A program made the translations under genes and the position numbers. From Verrucomicrobiota bacterium (GTDB taxonomy: Bacteria; Verrucomicrobiota; Verrucomicrobiia; Methylacidiphilales; JBCBYL01), in contig JBCBYL010000003.1 of NCBI GenBank assembly GCA_039815855.1, positions 1-45,425 on the forward strand: a DNA stretch of 45,425 bases, read 5' to 3'. The notes under the pieces are model-generated. The model had not been told where the DNA came from and made no database searches. It saw nothing but the letters and a program-made list of their open reading frames with translations. Of this stretch, positions 36,504 to 45,425 are shown in pieces; the first letter of the stretch is position 1, and each line of letters opens with the position of its first letter.

Positions 36504-37625
36504 TCAGGAAGGAGAAGTGAAGCTGCTCGAATTCGCTTTCCGGTATCGATGTGGCGGCATGCCATAAACTTCTTTAAAGACACGCGAGAGATGAGGCGCA
36601 TTGGCGAATCCGGTCATCGCCGTGATTTCCTCCACTGACTCCTGTGTCTGCTTAAGCAAGTTCTCAACTTTTTTTACACGTATCTCAAGGCATTTTTGGT
36701 GGACCCCTTTATTCAGAGCAGCCCTGAATCTATATTCTAACTGGCGGCGAGAAAGATGAAGTGCGCTGGCGATCTCGCTGACACTGAAGGAACGTTGGAT
36801 GTTGTCTTCCATATACCCCAGCGCCTTTCGCACCATAGGATCAGCAACCGCCAGCGCATCCGTGCTCTCTCTCGTGGTCACTCCATTCGGCGAAATTAGA
36901 GAAGGCTCTGCCGTTTTCTTTCCACTCATGAGTGCGTTCAGTAAGCAGGCTCCCGCATACCCGACCCCCTCCAGATCGTGGTTGATACTGGAGAGGGGCA
37001 CCGGTTGATTTTCACAAATGAGGGTATTGTTATCAACGCCAAGAATAGCAATCTCTTCTGGAACGTTCAGCCCCGCCTGGAGACAAACGTTCAATAACCA
37101 GGCGGCATCCAGATCACTTTGCGTGAAGATTGCAGTTGGATTGTCCAACTTGACCAAGAGGCGCTCTACTTCCATTGGATCCTCCGTCTGTTTACCCGCT
37201 AGCTGAGTGACTTTCAGACCTTCTTCACCGAGTCGTTCACGAAAGCCGAGCCAACGGGCCTGCCCCACTGGATTCCGCCCCAACGCAAACCAGCGGAAAT
37301 GCCGGTGACCGTATTCGAGAAAATGTTCCGCCGCTAGCGATCCGATAGCACGGTTATCAGCCGCGACACGTGGAAGCGGCACATCTTTGCGCCACATAGA
37401 GAGATCGACCGATGGCAAACCAGCCTCAATCACAAATTGAGCCAGACGGTCATTGTTATTGAGACTGCAAATAATCCCATCTCCTCGCCACCGCCCAGGC
37501 AATTTGAATGTCTTGAGCAGGCTGATGTCCAAGTGCCAGCCGTATTCACTTGCGGCCCGGGCGATTCCACGGTGCTGTTCTTGGTCATAAGAACCAAGGA
37601 GCATAAGAACCTTCTTAGAGCGCAT
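36504..37625 (-). CDS. XylR-type regulator (LacI-like sensor plus AraC HTH)
   Basis: DGII, DN.AIG..AAEHF, VPEEIAILGVDN, LSSI, RESTD, AraC GF.....SRVFK...G..P..YR. Confidence 0.92.
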   Translation of the reverse strand: MRSKKVLMLLGSYDQEQHRGIARAASEYGWHLDISLLKTFKLPGRWRGDGIICSLNNNDRLAQFVIEAGLPSVDLSMWRKDVPLPRVAADNRAIGSLAAEHFLEYGHRHFRWFALGRNPVGQARWLGFRERLGEEGLKVTQLAGKQTEDPMEVERLLVKLDNPTAIFTQSDLDAAWLLNVCLQAGLNVPEEIAILGVDNNTLICENQPVPLSSINHDLEGVGYAGACLLNALMSGKKTAEPSLISPNGVTTRESTDALAVADPMVRKALGYMEDNIQRSFSVSEIASALHLSRRQLEYRFRAALNKGVHQKCLEIRVKKVENLLKQTQESVEEITAMTGFANAPHLSRVFKEVYGMPPHRYRKANSSSFTSPS

Positions 37626-37695
37626 TGCGCAAATCTATAATAATGTATTGAAAGATACAATATGACGTTTTAACCGATTGACGCATGATTGCCTA

Positions 37696-38517
37696 ATGGT
37701 CGATAACTCACTTTGGAATTTAAAAGAGAAGGTCATCCTCGTCACCGGCTCAACCGGAGCGCTCGCTGGTAAAACCGCACAATACCTTCTCGATCAAGGC
37801 GCGAAGGTCATTTTCCTCTCGCGTAATCAGGAAAGAGCAGATCAGGCTGTCAGTGAATCAGGTGCTACACCTGATCAGGCTGCCGGATTTGTCGGCAGTG
37901 TGACGGATCGAGATGACTTGGAGAAAGTGCGAGATCAGATCATGAAACGCTTTGGTCGTCTGGATGCTCTCGTCAATGGAGCGGGAGGCAATTACCCCGG
38001 AGCAACGATTCAACCTAACCAAAGCGTTTTTGATTTGGACATCAACGATTACGATCACGTGATGAATCTGAACTTGAAAGGAACACTCCTACCATCACTG
38101 GTTTTCGGCAAGGTCATGGCTGAGCAGGGTGCAGGCTGTATTATCAATTTCTCCTCAGCCAGTTCTCTCCAGGTCCTGACCCGTGTACTCGGTTATTCCA
38201 ACGCGAAGGCCGCCGTCGATAACCTGACCCGTTGGATGGCAGTGGACTTTGCTAAGCACCACGGAGACGCCATCCGTGTCAACGCAGTCTGCCCGGGATT
38301 CTTTATTGGCAAACAAAACAAAGCACTCCTCCTGAATGAGGACGGATCTTATACAGAGCGCGGACACCAAATCATCAACAAAACCCCAATGGGAAGATTC
38401 GGGGAAGCAAAAGAAATTTGCGGGGCCATTCACTTCCTACTGAGTGACGCTTCACAATTCATTACCGGACAAGTCATCCATATCGATGGCGGCTTCGGAG
38501 TCTTTACAGGAGTATAA
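37696..38517 (+). CDS. uxuB: SDR-type D-mannonate oxidoreductase (fructuronate reductase)
   Basis: NGAGGN, LTRV.GYS.AK, PGFFIG.QN..LL, TPMGRFG; operon context with uxaC and kdgK. Confidence 0.8.
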   Translation: MVDNSLWNLKEKVILVTGSTGALAGKTAQYLLDQGAKVIFLSRNQERADQAVSESGATPDQAAGFVGSVTDRDDLEKVRDQIMKRFGRLDALVNGAGGNYPGATIQPNQSVFDLDINDYDHVMNLNLKGTLLPSLVFGKVMAEQGAGCIINFSSASSLQVLTRVLGYSNAKAAVDNLTRWMAVDFAKHHGDAIRVNAVCPGFFIGKQNKALLLNEDGSYTERGHQIINKTPMGRFGEAKEICGAIHFLLSDASQFITGQVIHIDGGFGVFTGV

Positions 38518-38519
38518 TT

Positions 38520-39500
38520 ATGATACGAATTCTACTGACTACCACCTCTTACCAGGACACCCCCGGGCCCCATCACCAATTATTAAAAAGCGCGGGAGCG
38601 GAAATCGTTCAAGAACGCGGCCCTCTACCTGAATCACGCATGCTCGAGCTAGCGGGGGATATTGATGCCTTCCTTTGCGGAGACGATGAAATAACTCAAG
38701 CTGTCATCGACAAGGCGCTCCCCCGGCTAAAGGTGATCGCAAAATACGGGATCGGGGTCGACAAAATTGACGTCAATTACGCTACTGCTAAACAGATACC
38801 TGTAGCCTTCACCCCCGGTGTCAATCACACCACTGTGGCCGAGCATGCTTTTCTTCTGATGCTCTCGCTCAGTAAAAAGTTCGTAGACCATGTCAATTGG
38901 GTTCGAGACGGTAACTGGAAACGTGTCACCGGACACGAAATCGCAGGGAAGAAGTTAGGCATCGTAGGCTTGGGCAGGATTGGAAAAGAAGTCGCTATTC
39001 GCGCCAACGCCTTTGGCATGACTTGCTGTGGATACGATCTTTACTGGCCAGACGAATTCGCCGCTGAACAGAAGGTTGAAAAAATCGATAGTATCCAGGC
39101 CCTGCTTGAGACTTCAGACATCGTCACGCTTCATACCAATTTAACCGAAGAAACCCATGGGATGATCAATAAGCAGAGCATCCCCTCCATGAAAGATGGG
39201 GCGATGCTGATTAACTGTGGCCGTGGTGAATTGGTCGTGAGTGAAGATGTCGCTCAGGCTCTCCATTCTGGTAAGCTTGGCGGGTACGGAACGGATGTCT
39301 TAGATCAGGAACCCCCTTCCCCTGATCATGTTCTTCTTTCTTGTGAGAACGCAGTCATTACTCCACATGTCGGCTCCCGCACTTACGAAAGCGTGGTTCG
39401 CCAGGCGACGAAGGCAACCGAGAATCTTCTCATGCTGCTCCGAGGAGAAGCCCCACATGCCCAAGTCAACGATTGTCCCCCACCGGAGAAACTCATCTAA
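38520..39500 (+). CDS. D-isomer-specific 2-hydroxyacid dehydrogenase (SerA-like, no ACT domain)
   Basis: G.GVDKID, VAEH, GLGRIG, INCGRG, DV...EP, TPH. Confidence 0.88.
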   Translation: MIRILLTTTSYQDTPGPHHQLLKSAGAEIVQERGPLPESRMLELAGDIDAFLCGDDEITQAVIDKALPRLKVIAKYGIGVDKIDVNYATAKQIPVAFTPGVNHTTVAEHAFLLMLSLSKKFVDHVNWVRDGNWKRVTGHEIAGKKLGIVGLGRIGKEVAIRANAFGMTCCGYDLYWPDEFAAEQKVEKIDSIQALLETSDIVTLHTNLTEETHGMINKQSIPSMKDGAMLINCGRGELVVSEDVAQALHSGKLGGYGTDVLDQEPPSPDHVLLSCENAVITPHVGSRTYESVVRQATKATENLLMLLRGEAPHAQVNDCPPPEKLI

Positions 39501-39512
39501 TCGCTTTCTGCA

Positions 39513-39672
39513 ACACAGAGCACACTGAGAAACACGAAGCACACAAAGTTATTTTTAGCAGGAAGCGGGAATTCAGAAAACACTCAATGAAATAACTGAA
39601 AGGATGGCCTCAAACGATATAAAATTTAAACAAATCTCAGAGAGCTCTGTTCCATCTCAGTGCTCTCTGTGT
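39513..39672. repeat. Intergenic inverted-repeat element
   Basis: ACACAGAGCACACTGAGA (39513-39530) vs TCTCAGTGCTCTCTGTGT (39655-39672), 16/18 complementary, with degenerate sub-repeats inside. Confidence 0.6.
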
Positions 39673-39685
39673 AATCAATCATTAT

Positions 39686-40792
39686 ATGAATAAAGAATCT
39701 TTCTCTATCATCCCGCAAGAAAGACATGACGCTCTGGTCAAAGCAGCTTACGAGCATCGTGGCTATACCGCTGAAGAAGCATCACAGGCGGCACGTTTTT
39801 CGGCTTATGCGGCGCGCCACGGGATCCGCACCCATAATGCCATCAAGGCCCTTCATTTAGATCACCTCTTCGGAAGCGGATCCGGTGGCTGCATACCCGG
39901 GGCCAAAATTGACAAATTCAGGGGAAATTCAGCCCGGTTCGAAGCAAGTCAGGTCTGGGACGCGAATAAGAAACTCGGACAAGCGACGGCTTATGAAGCG
40001 ATGGATTGCTGTATTCAACTCGCGGACCAATTCGGAATCGGTCAAGTTTCTGTCGACAATGCGTTCCATTATCTCTGGGGCGGCGGCTACGTTATGGAAG
40101 CCGCCCAAAAAGGATACATTGCTTACACCAACTGCACCGCAGCGCTGGCGGAAGTCGTACCTTTCATGGGAAAGCACCCCACCCTCGGGACGAACCCGCA
40201 CAGCTGGGGCTTCCCAACCACGGATGCCATTGGTTTTCCTATCGTCATCGACTGGGCTACAAGTGTCATTGCCATGGGCAGAGTGCAGCAATTCCTCCGC
40301 GAAGGAAAAGACCTGCCCCCCGGAGCAGCCGTGGATAAAGAGGGCCAGCCCACCACAGATGCAAACGCTGTTGCGGCTCTCACCACCTTCGGAGCCCATA
40401 AGGGATACGGGCTCTCACTCATTAATGAATTAATGGCCGCGTTTATTGGCGGGAGCCTTCCCACCCTGCGCAGCCGGGAAATTCCAAGCGGAGAAAAGCG
40501 GACCCCTGCATTCTATTTTCAAGTCATCCACCCGGACGCGCTGAGCGGAAGTGCTTTTGCCAAAGGGCGCTCACAATCAGAAAACGTCAAAGCGGTGATC
40601 GATGACATTCTTGGTCACGGTAATGAGAAGTGCCTCCTGCCTGGACAAATCGAGGCCACCTGGGCAACTCGAGTCGATCACGCTGGAGGCTTACTTTTCA
40701 GCGAAGCGGAAATCAACGCCTTTAGCGAAATTGCCCAAGAATGTGGACAACCGCAATGGAGCCCTCAAGAATTCAAACAAGCTGAAGATTAA
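39686..40792 (+). CDS. Ldh_2 family (AllD/YiaK/ComC-like) oxidoreductase
   Basis: HGIRTH, N..H...GG.Y, GTNP, DWATS, G.PTTD, GAHKGYGL, LPG. Confidence 0.88.
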   Translation: MNKESFSIIPQERHDALVKAAYEHRGYTAEEASQAARFSAYAARHGIRTHNAIKALHLDHLFGSGSGGCIPGAKIDKFRGNSARFEASQVWDANKKLGQATAYEAMDCCIQLADQFGIGQVSVDNAFHYLWGGGYVMEAAQKGYIAYTNCTAALAEVVPFMGKHPTLGTNPHSWGFPTTDAIGFPIVIDWATSVIAMGRVQQFLREGKDLPPGAAVDKEGQPTTDANAVAALTTFGAHKGYGLSLINELMAAFIGGSLPTLRSREIPSGEKRTPAFYFQVIHPDALSGSAFAKGRSQSENVKAVIDDILGHGNEKCLLPGQIEATWATRVDHAGGLLFSEAEINAFSEIAQECGQPQWSPQEFKQAED

Positions 40793-40817
40793 TCAAGAAA
40801 AACCAAATTCAAAAACG

Positions 40818-41927
40818 ATGTCATTACCACTTAAAGATCCAAAAGACTGTTATTATGATTCCGTCTCCCTCGGGGAGATCATGCTGCGCCTGGACCCAGG
40901 CGAAGGCCGCGTCCATACCGCCCGGCAGTTCACTGCCTGGGAAGGAGGCGGGGAGTACAATGTTGCCCGGGGACTACGCCGCTGCTTTGGACTCAAAACG
41001 GCCATCGTAACCGCTCTGGCTGACAATCCGGTCGGGCGCTTGATTGAAGATTTCATTCTCCAGGGAGGGGTCGACACCGACTTTATCCTCTGGCGTGACT
41101 ATGACGGAATCGGGCGCACTGTCCGTAATGGCCTCAACTTTACGGAAAAGGGGTATGGCATCCGCGGAGCGAAAGGTACCCCGGACCGCGGAAATACCGC
41201 CGTCAGCCAGATGAAACCCGGTGACGTCGATTGGGAACACATTTTCGGAAAACTCGGCGCACGCTGGTTCCACACCGGTGGAATTTTTGCCGCCCTTTCA
41301 GAAACCACTCCGGAAGTCATTCTGGAAGCAGTGAAGGCAGCGAAAAAGCACGGCACCATCGTCAGCTACGACCTGAACTACCGCCCATCACTCTGGAAAG
41401 ACTTTGGAGGATTAGATCAATGTCAGGAAGTGAACCGCACCATCGCCCCCTACGTCGATGTCATGATCGGCAACGAGGAAGACTTCACCGCTTGTCTTGG
41501 ATTTGAAGTAGAAGGCGTGGATGATAACCTGACGCAGATCGAAGAAGATTCTTTTAAGAACATGATCCAGGCGGCGGTTAAAGAGTTCCCGAACTTTAAA
41601 GCCGCAGCGACCACCCTCCGCAACGCCAGGACGGCCACCCTCAACGAATGGAGCGCACTCCTCTGGCATGAAGGTGAATTCTATGAGCCTGTTCGAAAAT
41701 TCCAGGGAGACGATATCCTTGAAATTTATGATCGGGTCGGCGGGGGAGACAGCTTTGCCAGCGGATTAGCCTATGGCTTTCTCGCCTTCAACGATCCGCT
41801 GAAGGCCGTCAGCTACGGCTGCGTTCATGGAGCCCTCGCTATGACCACTCCCGGAGACACGACCATGGCTAGCCTGGCTGAGGTCGAGAAACTTGTCGCA
41901 GGAGGAGGCGCACGGGTAGACCGGTAA
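40818..41927 (+). CDS. kdgK: 2-keto-3-deoxygluconate kinase (PfkB family)
   Basis: GEIMLRL, GGGEYNVA, DLNYR..LW, GNEED, DRVGGGDSF, TTPGD. Start taken at ATG 40818. Confidence 0.88.
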   Translation: MSLPLKDPKDCYYDSVSLGEIMLRLDPGEGRVHTARQFTAWEGGGEYNVARGLRRCFGLKTAIVTALADNPVGRLIEDFILQGGVDTDFILWRDYDGIGRTVRNGLNFTEKGYGIRGAKGTPDRGNTAVSQMKPGDVDWEHIFGKLGARWFHTGGIFAALSETTPEVILEAVKAAKKHGTIVSYDLNYRPSLWKDFGGLDQCQEVNRTIAPYVDVMIGNEEDFTACLGFEVEGVDDNLTQIEEDSFKNMIQAAVKEFPNFKAAATTLRNARTATLNEWSALLWHEGEFYEPVRKFQGDDILEIYDRVGGGDSFASGLAYGFLAFNDPLKAVSYGCVHGALAMTTPGDTTMASLAEVEKLVAGGGARVDR

Positions 41928-43339
41928 TGAGTAAAAGCACTTTCATCCACGATGACTTCCTGCTCGATTCCGAAGCATCCCAGGAACTCTACCACCAACA
42001 TGCTGCTCACCAGCCGATTCTGGATTACCATTGCCATTTATCTCCCCAGGATTTGGCGGAAAATCGGTCATTCAATAACCTCACGGAAATATGGCTCGAG
42101 GGTGATCATTATAAATGGAGGGCAATGCGTGCGAATGGAGTGGCGGAAGAATATTGCACCGGTCAGGCGGACCCTTATGAAAAATTTCTCGCCTATGCAG
42201 AGACGGTTCCAGCAACACTAAGAAACCCTCTCTACCATTGGACACACCTTGAGTTAAAGCGCTACTTCGGAATCGATACGCTTCTCAGTAAGGAAACTGC
42301 ACCTGAAATTTGGGCAGAAGCGAATCGCCAGCTCCAATCTCCAACGAAATCCACCTGGGGCATTGTCGATCAGTTCAACGTGCAGTTGATTGGGACCACA
42401 GATGACCCAACAGATGATCTTCTCTTCCATGATCAAATCGCATCCGGCGATTGCCCAGGCAAGGTGGTACCAACCTTTCGACCTGACCCCGCCTTTCTGA
42501 GTGATCAGGTTCAGCATTGGAATCGGTGGGTCGACCGGCTTGGGCATTCATCTGATCTCGATTGCCAGACACTCAACGATTTTCTTTCTGCTTTAGAAAA
42601 GCGAATCCATTTTTTCAAAGATCGGGGGTGCCGTGCCTCCGACCATGGGTTACAACGCTGCCCGGAATCCATCCTTTCTGAAACCAAAAGCCAGGAAGTA
42701 TTCAGCCAAGTGAGGAATGGCGGCAGCCTTTCCAAAGAAGAGGCAGATGGCTTCAATGGTTTTCTTCTCTGTTGGTTAGGAGAACAGTACGCCAAAGTCG
42801 ACTGGGCCATGCAACTCCACCTCGGCCCAATCAGGAATGTGAATCAGCACCTCTTTGATCAACTCGGGACAGATATCGGCTGCGACTCGATCGGTGATGA
42901 TCGCCAAATCCCTGGCCTCCAATGCATTTTAGGAGAACTCTCGAAACGAAATAAACTCCCGAAAACGATCCTTTATAATCTGAACCCCACTCACAATTAT
43001 CCGGTGGCTGCTATGTGCGGTAACTTCTCTCAGGAAGGCTTTGCCGGGAAAATGCAATTTGGTAGTGGCTGGTGGTTCCTTGATCAACTTGAAGGCATGA
43101 CTTGGCAAATCAACACACTCTCCAATCTGGGGCTTCTCCGTCACTTCATCGGTATGCTCACGGATTCAAGAAGCTTCATGAGCTTCCCACGGCATGAGTA
43201 TTTCCGACGCCTGCTCTGTCACTTGCTCGGCAATGATATCGAACGCGGCCTTGTTCCTCATGATATGAGCTTACTGGCCCCGATTGTAGAGGGCGTCTGC
43301 TACCGGAACGCTGCTCGCTTCCTTGATGCAGACGCTTAA
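41927..43339 (+). CDS. uxaC: Glucuronate (uronate) isomerase
   Basis: DYHCHL, GDHYKWRAMR, NPLYHWTHLEL, TTDDP, GSGWWFLDQ, GMLTDSRSF, RHEYFRR. Confidence 0.97.
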   Translation: MSKSTFIHDDFLLDSEASQELYHQHAAHQPILDYHCHLSPQDLAENRSFNNLTEIWLEGDHYKWRAMRANGVAEEYCTGQADPYEKFLAYAETVPATLRNPLYHWTHLELKRYFGIDTLLSKETAPEIWAEANRQLQSPTKSTWGIVDQFNVQLIGTTDDPTDDLLFHDQIASGDCPGKVVPTFRPDPAFLSDQVQHWNRWVDRLGHSSDLDCQTLNDFLSALEKRIHFFKDRGCRASDHGLQRCPESILSETKSQEVFSQVRNGGSLSKEEADGFNGFLLCWLGEQYAKVDWAMQLHLGPIRNVNQHLFDQLGTDIGCDSIGDDRQIPGLQCILGELSKRNKLPKTILYNLNPTHNYPVAAMCGNFSQEGFAGKMQFGSGWWFLDQLEGMTWQINTLSNLGLLRHFIGMLTDSRSFMSFPRHEYFRRLLCHLLGNDIERGLVPHDMSLLAPIVEGVCYRNAARFLDADA

Positions 43340-43385
43340 GAATTCCTAACCTAATAGGACCCGGAATTCTCTGGGTTCCATGTGT

Positions 43386-44432
43386 TTAAAACGGCACCTC
43401 GCCGCTTTTCGACCGGAGGTGAATAGTCTTTCTGACCAGGTTATGATGAGCCTCCACAAATCGAACTGTACCACTTTTAGCCCGCATCAAAACGGAGGAG
43501 GTCGTAGCGGTATTTCCTTCCACCTTCACTCCAGGAAGCAAGGCACTCGTGTTGATTCCAGTGGCAGTAAAAATGATATTTTCTCCTCTTGCCAGTTCTG
43601 CAGAGATATACTCGTGCTCCAGTTGATCTCCCCAACCGGCCTCGATGAGAGACTGGCGCTCCGCTTCATCCTGAGGCCAGATTTTAGCCCGCATTCCTCC
43701 ACCCAGACAACGAAGACCAGCAGCGGCCAGAACACACTCCGGGGTCCCACCTATCCCGGCATAGAGATCGATATTCGAGGTCCGCATCGCAGGGGCCAGA
43801 GCTGAGGCGATATCTCCGTCAACAATCATCCTCAGCGATGCGCCTTTCTTTCGAATCGCTTCCACCAGCTCCTGATTTCTGGGGCGGTCCAGGACACAGA
43901 TCACTACGTCACGCACATCTTTCTCCAGAATCCGAGCCGTGACATCAATCACTTCTCCAATCGGAGCATCTATACTGATGGGAAGACTCTTATCCGCCAT
44001 CCAAGCCTTACGCACCGCCAAGGGGTAGGCCAGCTTCTTCATGTAGAAAGCGGGTATGTCCTGGAGAAATGGGCCTCCTTCACTTTCATGCGACATCACT
44101 GCTGCAATACAGCTGATCGCATTCGGAAGCCCTTTCCCGACATTCGTTGTCCCATCGACAGGATCGAGGGCGATGTCGAACCGAGGCGTGCCTTCTTTCC
44201 AGGTTCCGACTTTCTCTCCTTTAAATAAACCCGGTGCTTCATCTTTAATCCCTTCACCGATCATCACCTCTCCGGAAATATCCATCAGGTCGAACATTCC
44301 TCGAATTGCATCGCAGGCCGCTTGATCCGCCAATTCCTTCTCACCCTTACCAATCCACTGCATGGTATTCAGGGCCGCTACTTCCGTCGCACGCATAAAA
44401 TCGAGCTCAATTTGTCTTTCGGTATCGTTCAT
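43386..44432 (-). CDS. glpX: Fructose-1,6-bisphosphatase class II
   Basis: IGEG.KDEAP, DPVDGT, YMKKL, LDRPR, DGD, GIGGTPE, ATGI. Confidence 0.93.
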   Translation of the reverse strand: MNDTERQIELDFMRATEVAALNTMQWIGKGEKELADQAACDAIRGMFDLMDISGEVMIGEGIKDEAPGLFKGEKVGTWKEGTPRFDIALDPVDGTTNVGKGLPNAISCIAAVMSHESEGGPFLQDIPAFYMKKLAYPLAVRKAWMADKSLPISIDAPIGEVIDVTARILEKDVRDVVICVLDRPRNQELVEAIRKKGASLRMIVDGDIASALAPAMRTSNIDLYAGIGGTPECVLAAAGLRCLGGGMRAKIWPQDEAERQSLIEAGWGDQLEHEYISAELARGENIIFTATGINTSALLPGVKVEGNTATTSSVLMRAKSGTVRFVEAHHNLVRKTIHLRSKSGEVPF

Positions 44433-44541
44433 CTGATATTCTCCTTCATTTTAAGTGTCTAGCGACTCAAACCCTGCTGACGATCTTTTAACGCTGGCCT
44501 CAGACTCCCCGTCGTCAAGCACTTGGCACCAGAGGCATTTG

Positions 44542-44577
44542 TTGACCAAATACCTTACTTATTGTAAGGTATTTGGT
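44542..44577 (+). promoter_or_regulatory. vapBC promoter with perfect 14-bp operator palindrome
   Basis: TTGACC (44542-44547), 17 bp, TAAGGT (44565-44570). Inverted repeat ACCAAATACCTTAC (44545-44558)/GTAAGGTATTTGGT (44564-44577). Confidence 0.75.
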
Positions 44578-44817
44578 ATGAAAGCAACCCTTACATCTAA
44601 AGGACAAATCACTTTGCCAGTGAAATTACGCCGTCAGCTCAGTCTTAAATCAGGGGACGTTCTCGAATTCGATGAAACCACTCCTTACTTGAAGGCGCAC
44701 AAACCGTTTAATGAAGACCAAATGGACCAGATCCTGGGACGGGGCAAATCTCGAACAGAGGGGCGAACCAGCTCAGAGTGGATTGATCATTTGCGTGGCC
44801 CCCTAGAACTGCCGTGA
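44578..44817 (+). CDS. vapB: AbrB/MazE/SpoVT-family antitoxin
   Basis: MKATLTSKGQITLPVKLR..L.L..GD.LEF. Start taken at ATG 44578. Confidence 0.88.
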   Translation: MKATLTSKGQITLPVKLRRQLSLKSGDVLEFDETTPYLKAHKPFNEDQMDQILGRGKSRTEGRTSSEWIDHLRGPLELP

Positions 44818-45215
44818 TTACAGCGGTCGATACCGCGGTCCTGATTTCGATCGATCAGGGTGAACCCGACGGTACATTCTGGCTGGAACAGCTCAAGCAA
44901 GCCAGGCGTAGCGGTGCGCTGGTGATTTGTGATGTGGTGGCTGCTGAATTTTTTGCCAGTATCATGGATGAAGCGGAATGCCTTAATATTATGAAAGCAT
45001 TGGGGCTCACGATAACTCCATTGAGTATATCCGCATCTTTCCATGCCGGCAGCGTCTTCCGAAAATACCGAGAAGCGCGAGGCCCCCGGGAGCATCTTAT
45101 TCCAGATTTCCTGATCGCAGCACACGCACAGGTAGTATGTGATAGATTGCTCTCCCCCGATAGGGGTTACCTGAGACAGTATTTTCCTGACCTCCACGTC
45201 ATACGACCAGAATAA
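44814..45215 (+). CDS. vapC: PIN-domain toxin
   Basis: VDTAVL, V.AE, DFLIAAHA, D.GY. GTGA overlap with the antitoxin. Confidence 0.9.
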   Translation: MITAVDTAVLISIDQGEPDGTFWLEQLKQARRSGALVICDVVAAEFFASIMDEAECLNIMKALGLTITPLSISASFHAGSVFRKYREARGPREHLIPDFLIAAHAQVVCDRLLSPDRGYLRQYFPDLHVIRPE

Positions 45216-45272
45216 CTCAATACTTCTGCCCGCCTCTTTAAGAAAGGGCGAAGAACTTAATACCATGGGACC

Positions 45273-45410
45273 GTGATTGATTGGATGACTGAAAAAGAAT
45301 ACGCGACGGTCAAGGAGATGGTCGGTGCCATGAGCCTCTCCAAATGCCCCGACCCGCAAGCCTTTGAACGGGCTAACTACCTCCGCACCCTCGAAGGTTG
45401 GACTTTCTGA
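45273..45410 (+). pseudogene. 3' fragment of a dihydroorotate dehydrogenase-like gene
   Basis: WMTEKEYATVKEMVGAMSLSKCPDPQAFERANYLRTL resembles the family C-terminus (WM...EY.S..QM.GSMS....PDP.AFERANY). In-frame TAA at 45258-45260 and no 5' part. Confidence 0.7.
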
Positions 45411-45425
45411 ACTATTCGCTAGTAA

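Noticed and set aside
38520-39500. serA (serine biosynthesis)
   Set aside because: No ACT domain, and it is embedded in a sugar-acid operon. Family-level call only.
43357-43379. Terminator between uxaC and glpX (also 31625-31647)
   Set aside because: Short imperfect stems, too weak to call.
44787-45359. 190-aa minus-strand ORF
   Set aside because: Antisense to vapC and the dehydrogenase stub, with no motif support.

Overview
Bacterial chromosomal segment. Lineage is most likely Verrucomicrobiota, inferred from the attC-derived EQGGAGQPATR protein tail, a DPDxDGxxNxxEFAF C-terminal module and a XylR-type LacI/AraC regulator. (1) 1-2850 is the decaying distal end of an integron cassette array. 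It has three intact but non-canonical attC sites (GTTC-type R boxes, A/G extra base in L''), a half attC fused to a toxin-antitoxin remnant, and one gene bracketed by a ~180-195 bp direct repeat built from palindromic 10-bp units. No integrase lies in the window. (2) 2.9-13.7 kb holds mixed genes: DUF937, a response regulator, a Nudix hydrolase, a SMUG1-type UDG, an MFS-acyltransferase, an SDR, tRNA-Leu(GAG), a histidine kinase, an Old Yellow Enzyme with an orphan ZAS protein, and a HAF-repeat protein. (3) 13.8-26.7 kb is the standout, a tightly packed redox locus. It encodes a 2x cNMP-binding/4x[4Fe-4S] protein, a His-bearing membrane protein, a membrane-anchored decaheme cytochrome, a putative outer-membrane barrel with a lipobox-like N-terminus, a decaheme/LVIVD-propeller protein, a tandem GlcG heme-binding protein, and a divergent c554-type cytochrome (23 CxxCH plus one CX4CH in total). 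It looks like a cyclic-nucleotide-regulated trans-envelope electron conduit of unknown function. (4) 26.9-45.4 kb contains DUF21, an aldose epimerase, a two-component pair, an AsmA-like protein, a divergent FolP-like/pteridine-reductase-like pair, a 3D-domain protein, a hexuronate cluster without a dehydratase, glpX, a probably leaderless vapBC with a perfect operator palindrome, and an orphan 3' fragment of a dihydroorotate dehydrogenase-like gene. All family calls come from motif recognition only; no searches were run.
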